From contig QIFC01000116.1 in NCBI GenBank assembly GCA_003228685.1, positions 9,800 to 73,799 of the forward strand: 64,000 nt of DNA, written 5' to 3'. The stretch is from Chloroflexota bacterium (lineage in GTDB: Bacteria; Chloroflexota; Dehalococcoidia; DSTF01; RBG-16-68-14). Positions 17,329 to 26,246 of this stretch are shown one piece after another; position 1 is the stretch's first letter, and every line of letters begins with the position of its first letter. Position numbers and translations under genes: made by a program. Under the pieces are notes generated by a model that had not been told where the DNA came from, did no database searches, and worked only from the letters and a program-made list of their open reading frames with translations.

Positions 17329-20157
17329 TCAATCCCCCACTGCCTCGCGCGCCAGGTTCAGCGCGAGCAGCCTCGCCAGGATGTCGCCATCGTCAGGCTC
17401 GTCGTTCCAGCCATAGGCGGCGAACACCGCATCATCTAGCGCCTTGTGGGCGTTGTCCAGCCACGTTGGGCGTTCGTTGTAGAGGTTCGTGAGCGTCCGC
17501 TTCTTCAGCGCCTTCTCCCCGATGTCCTCGTTGGGATTCAGCCAGGTCTCGCGCAGCTCGTTCAGCTCTTGCGCCGCCTCGGCGATGGCCTCCTCTTGCT
17601 CGGCTGCAGGGCGCGGGAAGGGGAACGTCTCGAATGTCGACGTAGGGGTGTAGCGCGGTCTGCTTTCGAGCTGAGTGCCCTTCCTGAGAGCCCAGAGTTC
17701 ATGAGCGCGAGAATGAAGCACGCCGAAGAAGTATTCGTTGTCACGTGCGAAGACGAAGACTTGAGAATCAGCCAATACCTCCGCTGGCAGCCAGACGAAC
17801 AAACGATATTTTGTCAGGCGGGGTGTCGCCAGGTAACGTTTTAAACCGGCAAGAGCGACCCGCATAGCGGGGCGTGACTCAGCATGAACCCACCACCGCT
17901 GTGCGTAGACCTTACGTTTGTTGCTCTTGCGAATGGGCTTCACTTCCTTCTTGGCGTATTCAAACGGGCCCTCGTACTGCGCCGCCTGCTCTTCGGACAT
18001 CCCAGGCGGGAAATCGATGATCCACATGTTCCGCGGTCGCCGCGTGATGTCGAGGCCGTTCACCCACGGCCTGACCACGTCGCTATTGGGTTTGCCGTGT
18101 GGGTTTGGAGAGGCCAGAAACTTCTTCGCCACAGTCTCCAAAATGTCGAACGGGCCAACCTTTGTTACGCCCATGAACGAGATTCCTAGATTCTCCTTGA
18201 GCCGACGGGCCTGCGTAAGATCGGTACGCCCGGTCAGATTCGCGTTGATGCCTTCCACGGGCCGCGCGCGCTGAAGGCCATGTTCCGGATCGTCGTCTGG
18301 CAGCTCGTTGAGCAACCGCCGCGTCTCGCTGCCATCGTCGAAGCCCACCATCGAGACTCTTACAGCGACACCGTCTTGGATCCACTTGCGGTCGGCCTGA
18401 GCGTAGAAGATGTCACCTGTCTCTTTGATGCGCTCGAGCACGCGCCGGTTCTTGCCGCCCCGGATCGCCTGGGTCGCGAGCAAACCGGCGCGGCTTGTGC
18501 TCCCTGACTCGATCGCGGCGCGGGCCCTCTCGAACCAGTAGCAGCACAAGTCCGCCTCGCGGGGCACACGCTCATCCCAGACCGCGAACAGCCTGTCGAC
18601 GTAATCATCACCCAGCGCGGTGCGTAGCCTCTTGCCGCCCACGAACGGCGGATTGCCGACGATGATGTCCACTTCCGGCCACTCAGGTTCTCTGGGCTTT
18701 TTGCCTGTCAGGCCGAGCACGGCGTCCTTGTGCTCGATCTGATCCAAGGGCTCCAATATGGGCTCCTCGTCATCTAGGGCCATCGCGTTCCGGCGCTTCC
18801 ACTGCAGGTAGCCGATCCAGATGACGATCGAAGCCAACTCGTGCGCATAGGGATTGGTCTCGATTCCGTACAGTTGTCGCGGGTGTACCATGGGACTGAG
18901 GTCGATTCCGTGGAGTCCAGAGAATGCGATCACCTGCTTCTCCAGCGCCTTCAGCAACGCAAGAGAGACGTACAGGAAGTTGCCCGAGCCGCAAGCCGGG
19001 TCGAGGACGCGCACGCTTCCAAGATGAGCGAGGAAGTCCTTCAACGTTTTCGCGGCTTTCTTAGGCGTCTTCGGAAGTTGCTCTTCGGCCTGCGAACGCA
19101 CCTCCTCCCACTCACGCTCCAGCGGCGCCATCAGGACTGGCTTCACGATTAACTCGATGTCGGTTCGGGACGTGTAGACCGCGCCAAGCTTCTTTTGTTG
19201 AGCCGGATCGAGGATGCGAACGAACAGCGTTCCGAAGATCGACGGCTCCACGTCCGACCAATTGAGCCGGTCGAGCTCTGCGAGTGTAAGGATCTGCTGC
19301 GTCGTGATTTCGTCTGGAACATCAGTGTCTTCGAACAGCCGCCCATTGAAGTGCGGGATCTGGCGCATGTTGAACTCGCCGCCGTCTTGCATGACCGCGA
19401 ACAGATCGGAGAGATGCTTCCTGAAGCCCTTATTGTCGCCGCTCTTCTTGTGGATGTTGATGATGTCAGAGAATGACTCGCGAGGCAACAGGTCGACGTC
19501 CGTGGCGAACATGCAGAAGATCATGCGCGTTATGAAGCGCGCGATACGCATATCCTCCACATTCCCGAAGGTGCGAAGCCACTCGGCGATCTCACCAAAG
19601 AGCTCAGCGGCGTCGGCCGTGATTTGGTCGGTGGTACGTCCCGGCTTGAGCTGGTCTGGGTCCTCGAACATCTTCTTGAGGACTTGCAGCGCCGTGAGCT
19701 TCGGTGCGTCCTTCGGCGGCTCTCCGGAAAGCGTGGTTATCTCAACATGGGCATCCGTGCTGATGTCCGCGTTCTGGAATCGGTAAATCCAGCTCTCCGT
19801 GTTGGTCCAGTTCGTGTGAACTTCAAACCGCTCGAAGTCCGAGACGACCAGCAGCGGTGGGTTTTCCAGCGACTCACGATAGGTCTGCACCTGCTTGTAG
19901 GCCGCCTCGAGCGTCTTGTGCTTCCCCTTCGTCTTGTATTCCCAGGCGAAGTGATTCCTCAGCCAGACATCCGCGAAGCCGTTGCCGTCTAGTTTCGTCG
20001 CGCCCTTCTGGAACGCGTAGAACACGCCTTCGGGATCCGCCTTGTTGGGCGTGTCCTCACCGAGCAGTGCGCAGAGGTCGTTGAAGTGCTCTACGTAGGA
20101 CGCCGCCTCCTTGCCCACGGAAGCGTCCCACTTACTAACGAACTCAGCCGCCTTCAT
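17329..20157 (-). CDS. MmeI-family (Type IIL/IIG-like) N6-adenine DNA methyltransferase, possibly methylase-only
   Basis: Start re-picked at ATG 20157 (MKAAEFVSKW). N-terminal FADVW..NHFAWEYK.KG......AY.Q...Y...L.NPPLLVVSD block typical of the MmeI/YeeA-like family. Motif I DPACGSGNFL. Motif IV GNPPFVGG. Confidence 0.75.
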   Translation of the reverse strand: MKAAEFVSKWDASVGKEAASYVEHFNDLCALLGEDTPNKADPEGVFYAFQKGATKLDGNGFADVWLRNHFAWEYKTKGKHKTLEAAYKQVQTYRESLENPPLLVVSDFERFEVHTNWTNTESWIYRFQNADISTDAHVEITTLSGEPPKDAPKLTALQVLKKMFEDPDQLKPGRTTDQITADAAELFGEIAEWLRTFGNVEDMRIARFITRMIFCMFATDVDLLPRESFSDIINIHKKSGDNKGFRKHLSDLFAVMQDGGEFNMRQIPHFNGRLFEDTDVPDEITTQQILTLAELDRLNWSDVEPSIFGTLFVRILDPAQQKKLGAVYTSRTDIELIVKPVLMAPLEREWEEVRSQAEEQLPKTPKKAAKTLKDFLAHLGSVRVLDPACGSGNFLYVSLALLKALEKQVIAFSGLHGIDLSPMVHPRQLYGIETNPYAHELASIVIWIGYLQWKRRNAMALDDEEPILEPLDQIEHKDAVLGLTGKKPREPEWPEVDIIVGNPPFVGGKRLRTALGDDYVDRLFAVWDERVPREADLCCYWFERARAAIESGSTSRAGLLATQAIRGGKNRRVLERIKETGDIFYAQADRKWIQDGVAVRVSMVGFDDGSETRRLLNELPDDDPEHGLQRARPVEGINANLTGRTDLTQARRLKENLGISFMGVTKVGPFDILETVAKKFLASPNPHGKPNSDVVRPWVNGLDITRRPRNMWIIDFPPGMSEEQAAQYEGPFEYAKKEVKPIRKSNKRKVYAQRWWVHAESRPAMRVALAGLKRYLATPRLTKYRLFVWLPAEVLADSQVFVFARDNEYFFGVLHSRAHELWALRKGTQLESRPRYTPTSTFETFPFPRPAAEQEEAIAEAAQELNELRETWLNPNEDIGEKALKKRTLTNLYNERPTWLDNAHKALDDAVFAAYGWNDEPDDGDILARLLALNLAREAVGD

Positions 20158-20310
20158 GCCGCCAATTATAGAGCACGGGCGCGGGAGGTGGAGAATTCCG
20201 GCCTCCCTCGATCCAACGATAGCTCCGTTCGCTAACCCCCGTCTCCCCTCACGGGAGAGAGTCCGGAGGAGAAGACAAACCCGAATGACCGAGATGCTCT
20301 CTTGCAAGGC

Positions 20311-20338
20311 GAGATTCCTCGCTTCGCTCGGAATGACA
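20311..20338. repeat. short imperfect-palindrome repeat, family 2, copy A
   Basis: GAGATTCCTCGCTTCGCTCGGAATGACA. Related to 30283-30342 (GAGAGATTCTTCGCC...GCTCGGCTCAGAATGACAA). Confidence 0.55.
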
Positions 20339-20383
20339 GAGCGGGGGCTCGCCACCGGCCCAGGGCGCTAGGCGACTCTGGGG

Positions 20384-22543
20384 CTACTTGGATTGAGCCA
20401 GGAGCAGATCTGTGCTGTGGCCGTATTTCTTGAGGAAGCGGTAGAAGTTGCGCTTGCTCAGGCGGTCGCGTTCCTCTGCCGGAGTACGTTCCCAGTCCGT
20501 ATGCGCATGCCGGCGCAGCGGCAGGTCCGCAACGAGGCGATTGCGATAGCCTCGCTCGCGCATCGCCAGGCTGTAGTCGAGATCCAGATGGCGATAGAAG
20601 CGAAACTTCTCGTCCATGAGGCCCACTTCACGGACGAGCGAGCGCCGAAGCGCCATGAGATACCCTTCAACGGCGTCGACGTCCGGCCCCGGAGCGTCCT
20701 CGAAGTCGCGCATGTCCTCGCTGTTGACGCCGAACGGGCCGACGATGCCCGTAGTGCCATCCTCCAGCGCGGCCGCGATCTGTTGCAAGAACTCGTCCGT
20801 CGGCTCTACGCTCGTGTCGAGCAGAATGACGATCATCCCCTTGGCCGCGCGCAGGCCGCAGTTGCGCGCCGCGCCGATCCCGATGTTGTGGTCGCACGTA
20901 ATCGCTCGCACGCGGTCGTCTTGCTGCGTCAGTCCGAAGAGCCAATCACCCGTGCCATCAGACGAACCGTTGTCGACGACGATCAGCTCGACGGAATGCC
21001 CATCGGACTGGGCGAGCACGGCCGACGCGGCCCGCCGCAGGCCCTCCAGATCGTCTCGCCCGGTGAGGATCACGCTGAAGTCGAACTCGTCCGGCTCGTC
21101 AAGGAACGAAGGCACGTCATCGGACGAATGCAGGACGCCAATATCGCTGGGCGCGGAGGTCGCTCGTGGCACGACCGCCAGCCCTCCGCGCACGTCGCGG
21201 ACCTCGTAGCCGGCGTCCTCGACGCGCTTCCGCAGCGCGTCCGCCGGCGCAAAGTCCGCGCGCTTGCGCAGCTCTTGCCGCTCATCGATCAATGCCCGCA
21301 CCGCGCCGGGAACTTCGTTCGCCTGCGGCAGGAAATCGAATCCAAGTACTTCGTCGAAGTCACGCAGCAGACGTGTCTTCGTCCGCGGCAACGTGTCCGA
21401 GCGAACGAGCCGCCAGACCGTCGCCAGCGCGCGAGGCAGGTGCAGGTCATCCTGGAGGGCATCCCAGAACGCCTCTTCCCACGCGCTCCCGTCGCTCACG
21501 CCAGTGTCGTCGCCAGTCGCTCCGACCGCCTGGAACGCCTCTTGCCGCAGCTTGCTCAGGCCCGCAGACGCCGCGTGCAACGATTCGAACGTAAAGTTGA
21601 GACGCTTGCGATAGTGGACTGTGGCGCACAGATAACGGAACGCCATCGGCTCGAAGCCACGGCCGAGGAGCTGCGATAACGTATAGACGTTGCCGGTCGA
21701 TTTCGCCATCTTCAGTCCATCGACCAGGAGGTGCTGGCCGTGGACCCACTGTCCGACCACCCGATGACCGAGGGCGCCTTCGCTCTGGGCGATCTCGTCT
21801 TCGTGGTGCGGAAAGATATTGTCGACGCCTCCGGTATGCAGATCGAAGCGCTCGCCGAGGAGGTGTGTCGACATGGCGGAGCACTCGATGTGCCAACCGG
21901 GGAAGCCATCGCCCCACGGGCTGGACCACTTCGCGACCCGTCCCTTCTCGGCTGCCTTCCAGAGCGAAAAGTCTCGGGCATTCTCTTTCAGAGGATCGGT
22001 TTCAGCGCGAACGCCCTCAAGTAGCCCTTCGCCCGTGTTGCCGGACAGCTTGCCGTACTCAAGGAAGCGCTCGACTCGGTAGTAGACGTTCCCGCTCACT
22101 TCGTAAGCCAGTTCTTTTTCGATCAAGCTCTCGATCATCTCGATCATGTGCGCGATGTGGTCCGTCGCTCGCGGAAACTCGTGGGCAGGCTTGATGTTTA
22201 GCGCCTTCTCGTCCCGAAGGAACGACTCCGTGTAGTGCTCGGCGATCTCCGCAGGCGTCTTGCCGGCTTCGATCGCGGCAGCGATCACTTTGTCTTCGCC
22301 TCGCTCCAGCAGCTCCTGCCGCATGTGCCCAACGTCAGTAATATTCTTGACGTGGTGGACCTGGAAGTTCTGCGCTTCTAGGACCCTGCGCAGCCAGTCC
22401 GCGAGCAGATAGGTCCGTAGGTTGCCGATGTGGACATCGCGATAGACGGTCGGCCCGCACGAGTAGATACTCGCCTTGCGTGGCTCAAGGGGCTCGAAGG
22501 GCTGTTTTGTCCGGGTTAGTGTGTCATAGAGCTGAAGCACCAT
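20384..22543 (-). CDS. cysS: cysteine--tRNA ligase fused to a C-terminal GT2 glycosyltransferase domain
   Basis: CGPTVY..VHIGN (HIGH), WHIECS, HHEDEIAQ and KMAKSTGN (KMSKS) are present. CysRS-type C-terminal ADALRKRVEDAGYEVRD. An extra ~230 aa follows: FSVIL...VELIVVDNGSSDGT...HNIGIGAARNCG...ILLDTSV, a GT2 pattern. Confidence 0.8.
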   Translation of the reverse strand: MVLQLYDTLTRTKQPFEPLEPRKASIYSCGPTVYRDVHIGNLRTYLLADWLRRVLEAQNFQVHHVKNITDVGHMRQELLERGEDKVIAAAIEAGKTPAEIAEHYTESFLRDEKALNIKPAHEFPRATDHIAHMIEMIESLIEKELAYEVSGNVYYRVERFLEYGKLSGNTGEGLLEGVRAETDPLKENARDFSLWKAAEKGRVAKWSSPWGDGFPGWHIECSAMSTHLLGERFDLHTGGVDNIFPHHEDEIAQSEGALGHRVVGQWVHGQHLLVDGLKMAKSTGNVYTLSQLLGRGFEPMAFRYLCATVHYRKRLNFTFESLHAASAGLSKLRQEAFQAVGATGDDTGVSDGSAWEEAFWDALQDDLHLPRALATVWRLVRSDTLPRTKTRLLRDFDEVLGFDFLPQANEVPGAVRALIDERQELRKRADFAPADALRKRVEDAGYEVRDVRGGLAVVPRATSAPSDIGVLHSSDDVPSFLDEPDEFDFSVILTGRDDLEGLRRAASAVLAQSDGHSVELIVVDNGSSDGTGDWLFGLTQQDDRVRAITCDHNIGIGAARNCGLRAAKGMIVILLDTSVEPTDEFLQQIAAALEDGTTGIVGPFGVNSEDMRDFEDAPGPDVDAVEGYLMALRRSLVREVGLMDEKFRFYRHLDLDYSLAMRERGYRNRLVADLPLRRHAHTDWERTPAEERDRLSKRNFYRFLKKYGHSTDLLLAQSK

Positions 22544-22599
22544 CCCACCTCCGTGCTCCGGTGCCTAGCCTCGGCCGTTTGCGGACAAGGAATCGACGG

Positions 22600-22821
22600 T
22601 TACTGGAAGAGACATCCAGAGTCTCCTCGCCAGCCGATCTCCACTCGTTCATCCTCGTGAATGAAGATCGGCACAGTCACTGCCAGCTTCACGGCTTCCT
22701 GGTACCACTGATCGTTGGTGTTGATGTTTCGCTCTTCGAAATCGATTTTTTCTTCTACCATCTCACGCTTCGCGCGTGCGCACGTTCCGCATCCAGGTAT
22801 CGAGTACATGATGAGGGCCAT
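22600..22821 (-). CDS. glutaredoxin-like (thioredoxin-fold) small protein
   Basis: 73 aa. IMYSIPGCGTCARAK active-site CxxC at the start of helix 1. The VP motif (TVPIF) is typical of the fold. Confidence 0.7.
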   Translation of the reverse strand: MALIMYSIPGCGTCARAKREMVEEKIDFEERNINTNDQWYQEAVKLAVTVPIFIHEDERVEIGWRGDSGCLFQ

Positions 22822-22898
22822 TGCGCGTTCCTCCGTGCGAAGCTAGAACGAATCATATTCTAGCACTTCGGGCATGAGGAGTCGTAACTCTGATCACA

Positions 22899-22929
22899 AG
22901 AAGATGCCCGCCGATGGCGGGCATCTTCT
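22899..22929 (-). terminator. intrinsic terminator-like hairpin
   Basis: AGAAGATGCCCGCC-GAT-GGCGGGCATCTTCT, a perfect 14-bp stem, 18 nt downstream of the stop at 22947. On the minus strand the stem runs into TTCTTGTG. Confidence 0.6.
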
Positions 22930-22946
22930 ACTTAACATGAGGACTG

Positions 22947-24104
22947 CTAGTGGCTATCGCCAGTGCCATCGCTATGGCTATCAGTATCGCCACCGGGACC
23001 GCGACCGCCTCCATCGTCTAGGATCGCCACCTGGGCCTGCGATTGCAGCTCGAAGAGATCTTCGTTGAGGTAGACGAACACGCCTTCGCTGTTGTCCACG
23101 CCCGTCTCCGGGTAGACCCATGCGTGCATCATCCAGCGCAGGTCGCCAATGAAGTTGCCGTTGTCAGCGGCGCAGCTTTCAGCGGTGTTGTCCTCGGAAA
23201 TAACCCCGGCGCGCGTACAGAGACCGTAGTGCGCATGCCAAAGGTCCAGGCTGCCCGTGAATCCGGCTGGCGGAGTATCGACCGTCGCGCCGGCCTGGCC
23301 CGGCAGGAGCAGATACCAGACGCCGACAAGGGCCCAGTCGTTTTCGGGGTTTCCCAGCTTACTGTAGAGCAGTCCCTCGGGCTTGCCTGCGTCGAAGACG
23401 CCATCTGTGAGGTACTGGTTGTTCAGGAAGTGAGCGCCCATAAACGGCACGTCGTTCGTCGTATTGTTGTACCCTGCCGCCCTGGCCTTTTCGACGGTGT
23501 CGAACTGCACCGCGAACTCTCGCGCCGCCGTGAGTTCGGAGCGAAGCGCCTCTACCTCCGTAGGAAGCACGGAGCCCCCTGGCACGCTGCGCAGGATCTG
23601 CGCATCATCAAACGTCAGGAACTGGTTGATCGTTGGCTGCTCGCCAAGTTCGTGCGCGTACCCTGGGGGTTGGATTTCATTATTGGAGACTTGCTCTGTG
23701 AGGGCGGCGCCCTCTTCTGACGCTTGGTTCGCGACCGTCGCGCTGGAGATGCCTTCGTCACCCATGCCACCCATGTACGTCACGGCAGCGAGCGCGACCG
23801 CCCCGACGCCGATGACGCCGGTCGCTATCGAGGCCAGCGACATGTTCGTGCCATTCGCCCAGCCCTGCCGGGTGCCAAGCATCATGGTGGCAGCGATGAC
23901 CGTTGCCACCATGCCCGCGACAGCCGCAGCGTCTATCCAGACACCACCGTTGTCCAGGGTCACGCTCAGCGTCACGCTAAGGACCGCAAGCGCGACCGCT
24001 CCGGCGAGGACCAGGATGGCCAGAATGCGGCCTGAATTCGAGAGCAGCCCGGTGGACGCCGCCGGCGCCACGCGTGTTTCCTGATTTGACGCGGGAGTAC
24101 TCAT
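22947..24104 (-). CDS. membrane-anchored extracytoplasmic protein of unknown function
   Basis: Start re-picked at ATG 24104 (GGAG upstream). Hydrophobic helices are followed by a soluble domain with His-containing motifs (LWHAHYG, MHAWVYPE). Asp/His-rich tail. Divergent from copC/copD. Confidence 0.55.
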   Translation of the reverse strand: MSTPASNQETRVAPAASTGLLSNSGRILAILVLAGAVALAVLSVTLSVTLDNGGVWIDAAAVAGMVATVIAATMMLGTRQGWANGTNMSLASIATGVIGVGAVALAAVTYMGGMGDEGISSATVANQASEEGAALTEQVSNNEIQPPGYAHELGEQPTINQFLTFDDAQILRSVPGGSVLPTEVEALRSELTAAREFAVQFDTVEKARAAGYNNTTNDVPFMGAHFLNNQYLTDGVFDAGKPEGLLYSKLGNPENDWALVGVWYLLLPGQAGATVDTPPAGFTGSLDLWHAHYGLCTRAGVISEDNTAESCAADNGNFIGDLRWMMHAWVYPETGVDNSEGVFVYLNEDLFELQSQAQVAILDDGGGRGPGGDTDSHSDGTGDSH

Positions 24105-24246
24105 CCTAGTAGGCTCCTCAATACACTGAACGTCGGTCAGATCTGAATGAAGCTCAGGCTTACACCAATACTTAGCATTGTCTATTCTCGACGCTGAGAG
24201 CAAGGCTGTCAAGGGGAGCCCACCAAGGAGTGGGAGCGGGAGGGTT

Positions 24247-26226
24247 GTGGTAGATAGTCTAATCTCGGTCCGTACGCTCCTCTTAGGCATCGTCGTCGGC
24301 CTCCTCGGCGTCGCGGGGTGGGCGGCATTCGCGGGAACACCAAGCTCATTCGCCCACGCCGTTCAGCTCGCTTCGAGTCCGGCGCCCAAGGAGCAACTCC
24401 TGGAATGGCCGCGCACGATCTCGCTCAGCTTCAGCGAGCCGCTAGAGCCGTCGGTTACGTCCGTTCAGATCTGGGACACCAGCCCTGCCGAATTGCCGGT
24501 GTCAGCGCCCACGTACCAGAGCGAGGACTCGCTTACGGTGGATGTTATCGACGAGTTGCCTCCGGGTATCTACACGGTGATCTGGCGCAACCTCTCGACA
24601 GTCGACGGCCACACCTGGGCCGGATCGTTCACGTTTACCGTGCTGAACCCGGAGGGAACGGTCCCAGGTGGCTCGGTCCCGACGGAACTCCTGGACCTAG
24701 CTCAGGCGCCATCCAACACGCCGGACTTGCTCGACACCACCGCCCGCTGGATCGTCCTGCTGGGCTCCGCCGTCATGCTGGGCGGCGTCGCGTACGTGTT
24801 GCTCGTCTTGCTGCCATCGTTGCGGGTCCTCTCGGGCGAATCGCAGAACGCGCTCCGCAAGCTCTCAGTGGGCATCCTGGTTGCCAGCACTGCGATCGCA
24901 GCCTTCTTTGTCCTCCAGGGCAGTCTGATCCAGCTCCTCATGCAGGCCGACGATCTTGGCGGCCTGGACAAGGTCGACAACCTCCTCACTGAAACCCGCT
25001 TTGGGAAGTTCCTGATCGCCAGACAGGCGCTGCTGCTCGCCACTCTGGTTGCGGCCTTCCTCGCCTGGCACACCAAGGGGAGCGCGCTCATTCCGGCGCT
25101 GTTAGTCTTGCTCGTCTCCGCGTTTGGCGTGATCTTCACGCAATCGATGGTCAGCCACGCCGCGGCGCCGCACGGCGAGTTCTGGAAGATCACGACCGAC
25201 CTGCTACACCTCGCCGCGGCCTCGCTCTGGATCGGCGGACTGATTCACGTCGGACTTGCAATGCCGCGCTGGCTGGAGGAGCTATCTGGGCCGGCACGCA
25301 CGATCTTCACTGCGGCCTCATTCCGGCACTTCTCCGTGCTCGCCGCGTTCTCCGTCGTGATCCTGATGGTGAGCGGAGTGATTAGCGCCTTCGCACAGTT
25401 CACTTCATTCAGCCAACTCTTCGACACCAACTACGGGCTAAGTCTTATCGGCAAGATGGGAATCATGCTGCCGCTGCTCGCCGTAGCGGGGCTCGGCGCA
25501 TTCCGGCTCCAGCCCCGCATTGTCGAGGCGGGCATTCAGCTGCGCGGCGCGGCCATCGACGACGGCTCAGAGAGCGCGGTCGCGAACCTCCAGCGGCTGG
25601 TCACGAACATGGTCCGCTTAGAGGCCGTCTTTGCCATCTTGGTCCTGGTGGCTGTCGCTGTGCTCGCGCAACTGCAGCCGGCCCGCGCGGTGGGCGAGGC
25701 GAGGGCCGCGTCGGGCGAAACAGACATCGCCAGCGCCGACCCGCTCGCCGAGGAGCGAGGATATGTCCTGAGAGCGTCGCAGATTGGCGGCCTTGTCGTC
25801 TCCTTGAAAATCGAACCCGGGCTAGTCGGATTGAACAACTTCGAGGTCGGAGTCGGTTCGGAGTTTGGTGCCGTCGGTGAGGTCCTGCTCGTCCGTCTCG
25901 ATTTTGAACACCCGGACCCCGAGATCGGTGGGTCGCGCCTCGAGCTGCCGCTGCTTGGCAGCCAGAAGTACGCGACAGATGGCCCCAACCTCAGCCAGCC
26001 CGGCGAATGGATCGTCAGCGCCACCGTCGAGCGACCTGGCGAGGACGACATTACCGCGAACTTCGACGTGCCGGTGGGAGTCGAGACGGATGGCGACTCA
26101 ACGATCTGGGACTGGCCGTTCGATGGTATGGCTTCGACAGGCGCTCTCATCGCGCTGGGCGTTGGCGCCGCTGGCCTCGTTCTCACCCTCGTCTGGCAGC
26201 GCCGCAACATGGGCCACCTCACCTGA
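24247..26226 (+). CDS. CopC-CopD fusion copper-resistance/transport protein with a C-terminal YtkA/FixH-like domain
   Basis: Signal peptide ends ..SSFA-HAVQLASSPAP (mature N-terminal His of CopC). CopC beta-sandwich, then multiple TM helices (CopD), then an Ig-like domain and a final TM. Start is uncertain: GTG 24247 with GGGAGG upstream, versus the track TTG at 24178. Confidence 0.75.
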   Translation: MVDSLISVRTLLLGIVVGLLGVAGWAAFAGTPSSFAHAVQLASSPAPKEQLLEWPRTISLSFSEPLEPSVTSVQIWDTSPAELPVSAPTYQSEDSLTVDVIDELPPGIYTVIWRNLSTVDGHTWAGSFTFTVLNPEGTVPGGSVPTELLDLAQAPSNTPDLLDTTARWIVLLGSAVMLGGVAYVLLVLLPSLRVLSGESQNALRKLSVGILVASTAIAAFFVLQGSLIQLLMQADDLGGLDKVDNLLTETRFGKFLIARQALLLATLVAAFLAWHTKGSALIPALLVLLVSAFGVIFTQSMVSHAAAPHGEFWKITTDLLHLAAASLWIGGLIHVGLAMPRWLEELSGPARTIFTAASFRHFSVLAAFSVVILMVSGVISAFAQFTSFSQLFDTNYGLSLIGKMGIMLPLLAVAGLGAFRLQPRIVEAGIQLRGAAIDDGSESAVANLQRLVTNMVRLEAVFAILVLVAVAVLAQLQPARAVGEARAASGETDIASADPLAEERGYVLRASQIGGLVVSLKIEPGLVGLNNFEVGVGSEFGAVGEVLLVRLDFEHPDPEIGGSRLELPLLGSQKYATDGPNLSQPGEWIVSATVERPGEDDITANFDVPVGVETDGDSTIWDWPFDGMASTGALIALGVGAAGLVLTLVWQRRNMGHLT

Positions 26227-26246
26227 CGAACCCAGCTTGTTCAGCC

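Noticed and set aside
17329-20157. Possibility that the large methylase is BREX PglX or part of a multi-gene defence system
   Set aside because: No PglZ, BrxC/L or other BREX/DISARM-type neighbours are present. The N-terminal block matches the MmeI/YeeA-like family rather than PglX.
20158-20355. 66-codon N-terminal extension of the methylase ORF (..SVIPSEARNLALQ..)
   Set aside because: This peptide is simply the translation of the family-2 repeat element. The conserved MmeI-family N-terminus starts at ATG 20157.
20393-21679. 428-aa ORF antisense to cysS
   Set aside because: The cysS frame carries all class-I synthetase motifs. The antisense product is Arg-rich and featureless.
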